In this document: piece after piece, positions 56,599-64,000 of the stretch | How positions within the stretch are numbered: the stretch's first letter is position 1 | How the letters are laid out: each line of letters opens with the position of its first letter | Source: Flaccisagitta enflata | Taxonomy: Eukaryota | DNA length: 64,000 nucleotides | Reading direction: 5' to 3' | NCBI GenBank assembly: GCA_965153355.1 | Contig: OZ231126.1 | Span: 44,888,001 to 44,952,000, forward strand | Program-made: the position numbers and the translations under genes | The notes under the pieces: model-generated | Databases searched by the model: none | The model's input: only the letters and a program-made list of their open reading frames with translations | What the model was told of the DNA's origin: nothing

Positions 56599-57149
56599 CC
56601 ATGGAGCTGGAGGCGAGTGAGAGAAACCGCTGAGGTCGCCATCGGGGTCAACCTGATGGCATAAAGGGTCATCCCTTCCGGGACCATCTGCCTCAGGCTT
56701 CGCCATCCCAGAACCGTCTTTGCCATAAAGCTTTAAAGTGATGAATCAGGGAAAATAAATTAAGGACTCAGCTAGCTCTGCTTCTGAGGCGCTGAAAGGA
56801 GGGAGAAAAAAAAAAAGAAAATAAAAGACTGATCGCCCTGTCTGATTAGTAATAATGTCACGCCATAACTAGAACAGTTTTGGTTCAGCATAGATTTTAT
56901 GAGTGTTTGCAATTAATAGCCAAAAAGCGCAGTTCTATAAAACACAATGTAGCAGAAAATATGCACCGGTCTGTATCGGTAGAATTTGCATTTAAACGGA
57001 ACGAAGGCAAGAAAAGAGGTAAAGGCAGGCGTCTTATTCTCTTTGTCTTGGCAGATAGTTAAATTTCAAAACCGGAGTTGCTAGTAAGAAGAAAAAATAA
57101 CCAAAAAACTCCGTAAATACATAAAACGCGGAAGATAATGATTGACTGA

Positions 57150-57414
57150 ATGGAAGAGGAGGAAGAAAGTCGAGAACTTGAGGAAAGCATTTTCCAATAT
57201 CACATAAAACGAACTCCGAACATTCTCAGCGCAAAGACCAACGAAAAACATTTCTTTTCAACGGAAGGAGACCTATTCACGACCAACTCGGGCAAAGGCC
57301 GAAAAAAGATGATTGATCAAGCAACCACTATCAATTCGACGAAACCGAAATCACCAGGTTACAACCAAATTGACAAATACGGTTACACCCGCTATACCGG
57401 ACCCAAAAGTTACG
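57150..57414 (+). CDS. Putative exon 1 of the RasGEF gene (MEEEEESRELEESIFQ...GPKSY)
   Basis: ATG at 57150, open non-repetitive frame, donor TACG|GTAATC (phase 1). The phase matches the acceptor at 57861, and the downstream exon has no in-frame ATG near its start. Confidence 0.5.
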
Positions 57415-57687
57415 GTAATCTTTTTGTAATAGATATAGAATCATAGTCCCTTCATGACATTTTTTTAATTTCCTTTAGTGGTAGTAATAGAAATCTGTCT
57501 ATAACTGATAAAGTTTTTTTGTCCCTCGACATTCGTTATTGCGGGGTTTAACTGAACACTGTTTTGATTTTTGAACATACAATCGCACTCAGTCAGGTCG
57601 TTTCTCTGAATATGTGTTGTTATTAGTAAGACTATATGCGCGCGTGCTTCTAAGTTATTGTTTGCCAACGTGTGTGTGTGTGTGTGT

Positions 57688-57743
<56 letters not shown>

Positions 57744-57861
57744 CAGACCATCAAACAGACAAGCAGAGCGACAAACAGACCAACAAAGTGACAGTCAGAG
57801 CACTAATCAGAAAAGTGAAAACGAAAATGAATACCCTTACATTCTGACAAACACCATCCAG

Positions 57862-59313
57862 CCCATCAGTCGAGTCCGAAATTCTGGAATCCTCTTTCTC
57901 CACATCGCAAGAAAAAAGTTGATCCAAACTCAACCATAGAAAATGGCGAGGGTCCATTCGAGACGTTGGCGGTGGATTTGGGATGCGGCCTTCCCTCACT
58001 TCCTCCGCATCTTCCGTTCATTGTACGGCAGTCTCCGTCGACAACTCCTTTAAAGGCCCTGTTGGCTTCGACGGAATATTCCGACTTCTCGACAAGCACA
58101 ATACTCGTGGAAGGCGTCTTCATCCGCGTCGGCGACTGGAATCATCGCATCGACGACGTCGCCGTCGAGTTCCCAGTCTGTCGACAACATACTTCAACCG
58201 ATCCATCATCATCTGCATCCACATCCGCCAACTTCTTCCTGGGCATCACCAATCGGCATTTGCTGATCGCGCAACGTGTCGTCGAAAATGGTCCGCTCGA
58301 ATTGCTGAAGATGATTCCCGTGAATTGGATCCGCATCGAACCGATGCGTCGAAAGGCGTTGATGGTTCATTTTCCCAACGGAGAGCGTCAATGTTTCCTC
58401 TTCGACGCCGGCGCCACCGTCGAGCATGGCATCACCAACAACTGGAAGTGCTGGCTTCGATGTCTCGTCGACTTGACGTTGAAGGCCACGGACGACGTGT
58501 TGGCGACGACGAAGACCTCGACGATCATGCTCAAGGAGAGTGAAGGAGATGAGGAAGGAAGAATGGATTACGACGATTACGACGAAACAGCGGATGAAAA
58601 CAGGAACCAAAGAATGTCTCCGTTGTCTTGGTGGAGACGGAGAAAGAGGATGAATCTCAAGATAAAGGAAGAGGAGGAAGGAAGTGATTTCCACCGACAT
58701 TTGTCTTCGCGTTTGATTCCGATTTGCTTCGACGTCTCCCGGCTTTTCTCGGCGCCTGTCGCTCATTGCGTCAATCCGAAGCCCATTGATTTGTTCCTTC
58801 CTCCTCATCTGAAAAGAAGTCTTTCCGAATCCGATCTGAGATTACCGCCAAACGACTTGGGCGATGGAAATGTTGTCGGTGGAGTCAGTCAAGGGAATCC
58901 CAAGCGGTGTCTCGGAGGAAAGGAAGCGGAAGCGCCTTCGATGATGACGCCGTCGACGACCTCGTCGACTGGCGATATTCCGACTCCGCAGGCCCCAACG
59001 GCTTGGGAACTTGGACGACTCTTGAAAGAGCAAAAGTTAGACTGTGGATGCGGAAGCTGGGGAAATGGTCAACAACAACACCAACTACGACAACAGCTGC
59101 ATCAAGGAGGACAACTTCCGCAGCAACCGTCGACGTGTCTCTGTCGATCGACTCGAGAGAAGCTGCGCGCGTTGGTGGAAGATTTTCGACATTCGTGGGT
59201 AGACGTATGGTATTTGCCGCCTGGTGGCGACGACGGCAGTTTCAGCGAAATTCACGGCGAAATTCATGGCGACATCCAGAATGGCGCCGCGGCGACGCCG
59301 GCGCTTTCTCTCG
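57862..59313 (+). CDS. Exon 2 of the RasGEF gene: GARIN/FAM71 (DUF3699)-like PH-fold domain plus low-complexity linker
   Basis: Frame is open from 57831 to 59345 with CpG-rich coding composition. Branch-like TTCTGAC and acceptor CATCCAG| at 57861; donor CTCG|GTAAAA at 59313; length 1452 nt (484 codons), phase 1-1. Motifs VEGVFIRV and LELLKMIPVNWIRI...LMVHFPNGERQCFLF...WLRCL resemble the GARIN pattern (FESNFIQV, LELTRLLPLKFV...LRLKLATGRSFYLQL...W) recalled from memory. Confidence 0.75.
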
Positions 59314-60398
59314 GTAAAAACCTTACTTTGCAAATTTTTTTTTAAAGACATGGCATAAGATTTAATATTGATTTGAAAACTACTGCTACTGTTTAATGTA
59401 CAAAACAAAACAAAACAAAACAGAACAAAACCTATTCAAAGAGAAATGAATTTTTTTTTGCCATGCCCTAGTTCCACAAACAGGCGTGCGTTCTTTTTCC
59501 TTCTGAGTATCTTATATTCTGCCCTGGGATCTTCCGGCTTGTCAAATACCCATCCAATCTAACTACCTGTTTAATTACTCTGTCTAACTTACGGAAGGAG
59601 GGACGGAAGGAACGGAGGGATGTCGGAGGGAAGGAAGGGAGGAAAGGGAGGAAGAAAGGAGGGAATAGAAGGAAGGCAGGAATGGAAGGAAGGGAGGCAG
59701 CTATCAAAAGAAGGAAGGAAGAAAAAGAAAGAGAGGAGGAAGAGATGATTGGAAGGAAGAAAGGTGGAAATACCAGGAAGGAAGGAAAGAAGAAAGGAAG
59801 TTAAGGGAGGAAAGGAAGGAAGCAGGGAGGAAAGGGAAGCAGGAAAAGAAGGAGAGGAAGGAATGGGAGGAAAAGAGGGAAGGAGGGAAGGAGGTAAGAA
59901 AGAAAGGAAGAGATAAAGAAGGGAAGGAAGAAAGGGGGAAGGAGGGATGGAGAAGGAAGGAAGGATTGAAATGAAGGAAAGAACATTGTAAATTTGTAAT
60001 TATGTAGTTGTGTGTGTAATAAAACGGAGCACCCGACTAATTTCCCTCTTTACTTTTTTACTTTTTTCCTTCCTTTTTCACTCTTTTTTTCTTTTTCTTT
60101 TCTTTTTCTTTTTCTTTTTCTTTTTCTTTTTCTTTTTCTTTTTCTTTTTCTTTTTCTTTTTCTTTTTCTTCTTTTTCTTCTTCTTCTTCTTCTTCTTCTT
60201 CTTCTTCTTCTTCTTCTTCTTCTTCTTCTTCTTCTTCTTCTTCTTCTTCTTCTTCTTCTTCTTCTTCTTCTTCTTCTTCTTCTTCTTCTTTTTCCAAGAC
60301 CTTCCGAGAGGCCACCATGTTCTTCCGAGTAACGGGGATACTGGTTACTGGTTACCCCACAGAATGCACGCCTGTCAGACCACATATCTTGCTTACAG

Positions 60399-60788
60399 AA
60401 ACTCCATGTAACGCTGATGGTTGCCCAACTCAAACTCCGCCGTTACACAAGGATTGGATCTCGACGGTTGGAGTTGACGCCCTCGCCACCGAATTGGCGC
60501 TGTTGGAGAGAGATTTTCTGCTTCGCGTGACACCCGAAGAGCTCGTCAATTATCACGTCGTCGTCGACGGTGTTGCGCAGCACATCAGCTCTACTAATTC
60601 GTCAGCGGCATCTCGTCGGACGTCTTCGTTGCGACGTCGACACGCGCCGAATCTTCATCGACTTCTTGGATTTGTTCGTCGACTCGTTCAACTGATTCAG
60701 ACTCAAATCGTTGGTCGACAAACTGTCGACTCAAGAGCCGAAGTCCTCGTCAAGTGGATCCGCGTTGCCACAAGATGCTTGGATCCAG
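60399..60788 (+). CDS. Exon 3 of the RasGEF gene: N-terminal half of the CDC25 catalytic domain
   Basis: Translation VDALATELALLERDFLLRVTPEELV...APNLHRLL...LIQTQIV...RAEVLVKWIRVATRCL matches RasGEF helices. Acceptor ATCTTGCTTACAG| (alternative phase-1 acceptors at 60308 and 60362); donor CCAG|GTCGGG; 390 nt, phase 1-1. Confidence 0.85.
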
Positions 60789-60863
60789 GTCGGGTTACTT
60801 GCCTTTGGACGTGCGAGTGATTGCGTAATCAGGACATGTTGTCGTCATTGCTCCCCTTATATA

Positions 60864-61697
60864 CTACCTAGGACTAATGGCGGCTGTCGCCGTGAGGAAA
60901 AAAGTTGTAAGCTTTGGTCACTTTTCACCAAGCTCTTGTCTTTAGTCACTGCAAATCTTTTTTTCTATTAAATCAAATCAAGAGCAATTGTATGTATTGA
61001 TTGCACTGAAAATCAGAGAAAAATAGGACTAAGCCAAATGAGATAGAGGAGCTAAAATGCTCCAAATCACTCAACCAGACAATCAGCTATGCTCGCTGAC
61101 ATGCTTTCCTGTATTTACATGCTCCTATTAAAACAGAAAAAAAAAAAAAAGACTGAGCTAAATGAGCTAAGTGAGTAAAAATGCTTAAAAACACCCTCAT
61201 AGATGACCAGTTATGCTCACTGATACCTTTTTTTATATCTGCTTTCTTAAACATGTATCAAAATATCTATTCATTCATCATATTAAAAAAAAAAAACTGA
61301 GCTAAATGAGCTAAATGAGCTAAAATCCTCCAAAACACCCTCAAAGATGAGCAACTATGCTCTTAAACATGTTTTCTTGTATTTGCATGCTCAAACAAAC
61401 ATAAATACACTCCTTTTTTGATCCTACTCAAAATCATAAAAAAATCGAAAAAAATTCAATTTGCAATTTTCATAAATAAATCTTTAAAAAATCATAAAGC
61501 GAAAAGTATTTGTTGTAAAGCATTCTGCTTGGCGCCAAATGAAAGAGAATTATTAAATTTACTTACCCTATCAATTTCATTGGAGGGCCCATTTGGTCGG
61601 TGAAGAGCCGCAACTTTCGCATAAGAAAATGAAAACCCTGTTTCTCTTGAATATGTCAAAAAGTCGAAGACTGACTTCGACTTTTTTCCCGACCACT
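60864..61697 (-). mobile_element. Helitron/Helentron-like element, copy 2 (in a RasGEF intron)
   Basis: Reverse complement of 28458-29309 along its length; 3' hairpin followed by CTAG. Confidence 0.75.
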
Positions 61698-62047
61698 CAA
61701 TTGCTTTTGTTGAAGATGCTTTATGGAGCTCATGGGGTTTTTATTAGGCAGATATCAAGATTTAACAGGATTTTCTTTTCCAAGCAAATTCAAAGTGAAA
61801 AAACACGAAAGGATAATGAATTTATATTAATAGCAATGCCATTCTCATCATCAAAATCACGCTTACCAGAATGAATTTGACTTGTTTTTCTGCATCTTTA
61901 AATGGACATGTCATCTTATAATTGTTCTCATTTCTAAACGCTTTGAGCCACTAGAACGGGATTGGTCTCAAATGAAAAACCTTTTGAAGTAATTTTTGAA
62001 TCTCACCAATTTTTCCAACCATCTCCTACTAAAAGTATAGTTATTAC

Positions 62048-62336
62048 TTTTTAGATGCGTCCTCGCATCTCTATAAGAGGGTCTGTCCGTCCGTCCGTCC
62101 GTCCGTCCGTCCGTCCGTCCGTCCGTCCGTCCGTCGGTCGGTCCGTTACGCCTCCTTGAAAATCGCAGTTTTTCGCACTTTTCAGCCGCGAGCATGTCGT
62201 GTATCAAGTCGTTAGGATATCTTGAGAGCCTCATTTGATACTATGTCTTCATCTGTCCGTCCGTCCAAGGCTAGCGCCAAAGTCAATACACGTAGAGACA
62301 CAGTCAGGACGCATCATTGCCTGATCGGGCTTGTTA
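62048..62336 (+). mobile_element. HINE subfamily B (agatgcgtcct subTIR); second copy at about 18515-19220
   Basis: ttttagatgcgtcctcgcatct, (gtcc)n, aggacgcatc subTIR, gcctgatcgggc hairpin, ttgtt. Confidence 0.82.
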
Positions 62337-62367
62337 TAGGTGAACGAAGAGTTTTGTCCTAGGTAAT

Positions 62368-62478
<111 letters not shown>

Positions 62479-62502
62479 TGAATGACCTTTGAACAAGCAT
62501 GA

Positions 62503-62577
<75 letters not shown>

Positions 62578-62645
62578 CGACAACGACGACAACAACAACA
62601 ACAACAACAACAACAACATCAACCACAACAACAGCAACAATAAGC

Positions 62646-62724
<79 letters not shown>

Positions 62725-62799
62725 GCAACAACAACAACAACAGCAATGACAACATCAACATCAACAACAATACCGTTAACAACACCAACAAAACAACAA

Positions 62800-62852
<53 letters not shown>

Positions 62853-62897
62853 TAAACAAGGATAATAACAATGTCTTAACAGCAACAACAACAACAA

Positions 62898-62981
<84 letters not shown>

Positions 62982-63147
62982 AAGAAAAAACAAGAACAAA
63001 CACAACAAAAAAAAACACATCATCAACGACAACAACAACAACAACCATACAAACAACGATGATGTTGAAAAAACAATGACAGAAACAACTACGACAACAG
63101 CAACAACAACAACAACAACAACAGTAGAAATGAGAAAAAAAAAACAA

Positions 63148-63191
<44 letters not shown>

Positions 63192-63314
63192 GCAACAGCA
63201 ACAGCAACAGCAACAAAAACAACAACAACCATTCAAAAGGATAACAACAGTATTGACGACAAATTTATTTACATTTCTTTCAATTCCGCATATTGATCCC
63301 TAATTCCTCCGCAG

Positions 63315-64000
63315 CTTTTCGCAACTTCCAGTCCGCCTTTTCCATCTCGTCTGCGCTTCGTTCTTTGCCGATATTTCGTCTCGAGACCACGTGGAGATTC
63401 ATCGGCGAACACTCGACGAAAGAGCTGGAGGACTTCCGACGCCTCGTCCGCATCACCGACGACGCCGACAACTTCGCCGCCTATCGGAGAATGACGGATG
63501 ATGTAAAGGTGCTCGACGGGACAGGAGGAGGAAGAGGAGGAGGAGGAGGAGATGACAGCGGAGAAGTCGCCTTTATCGCTCCGCTCATGTTTCTCGGGTT
63601 TTACGTCAACGAACGTCGTCGTCTCAATCAATGGAATCTCGCGGTAATTAGTGGAAGCGGTAGCACGAATAGTGGCATTGGCGTTAGTGCTGGCACTAAC
63701 ATCATTGGCGGCTGTGACAACAAATGCGGAGACACCGGAAATATTGCCAGCGGCGGCGGCGGATGCAGCGTGACCGGCGGCGGAGGTGTCAGCGAGGATG
63801 ATTGGGCTGCGGAGTTGGTGGCAGACGTGGTTTTGCGTCGCGTCGAGTCTGAGGCTTTGGAACTGGAAACGCGAGAAAAGCTTCGACTTCTTTGTTTGGC
63901 GGAAACTCGTCACGATTCTCGATGGGCGTGTTTGATGTTGAGAGGATGGACCAAAGACAAGATCAAATCCATGATACCATGTTTCGCCGTCAGAGCGGCC
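63315..64000 (+). CDS. Exon 4 of the RasGEF gene: C-terminal half of the CDC25 domain, running off the window end
   Basis: Acceptor TTCCTCCGCAG| at 63314. Splicing gives RCLDPA-FRNFQSAFSISSALRSLPIFRLETTW...DNFAAYR...IAPLMFLGFYVNE, i.e. the NF/saL/IfRL..TW, N+..YR and PFLG-like RasGEF motifs. The frame is open to 64000 and is missing from the ORF track. Confidence 0.85.

Noticed and set aside
58209-59408. Several minus-strand and alternative-frame ORFs
   Set aside because: They overlap the long + strand exon 2 and are shadow frames of GC-rich coding DNA.
63269-63913. 214-aa minus-strand ORF
   Set aside because: Antisense shadow of RasGEF exon 4, which carries the conserved motifs on the + strand.

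Overview
Eukaryotic, most likely invertebrate-animal, genomic DNA (inferred from spliceosomal introns, LINEs and Helentron-type repeats; the species cannot be determined). It is dominated by microsatellites and a deeply nested set of non-autonomous transposons, so most ORFs in the six-frame track are repeat artefacts. Two protein-coding genes are supportable. (1) An intronless, AT-rich type II membrane glycosyltransferase of the nucleotide-diphospho-sugar transferase/GT77 type (39334-40161). Its last codon and stop codon come from the end of an inserted fold-back transposon. (2) A + strand gene with at least 4 exons (about 57150 to beyond the window end, all modelled introns phase 1). It encodes a divergent CDC25-type RasGEF domain preceded by a domain resembling the GARIN/FAM71 Rab2-binding (DUF3699) domain. 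Other content: two 5'-truncated LINE fragments; many Helentron-associated (DINE-1/HINE-like) elements of at least four subfamilies; TA-flanked MITEs; hAT MITEs with 8-bp TSDs; a PIF/Harbinger MITE; CAC...GTG fold-backs, one with V(D)J-RSS-like ends; an inverted-repeat element carrying two outward-facing tRNA-like units; satellites; and a 10-N assembly gap. All family assignments come from reading motifs by eye, not from database searches.
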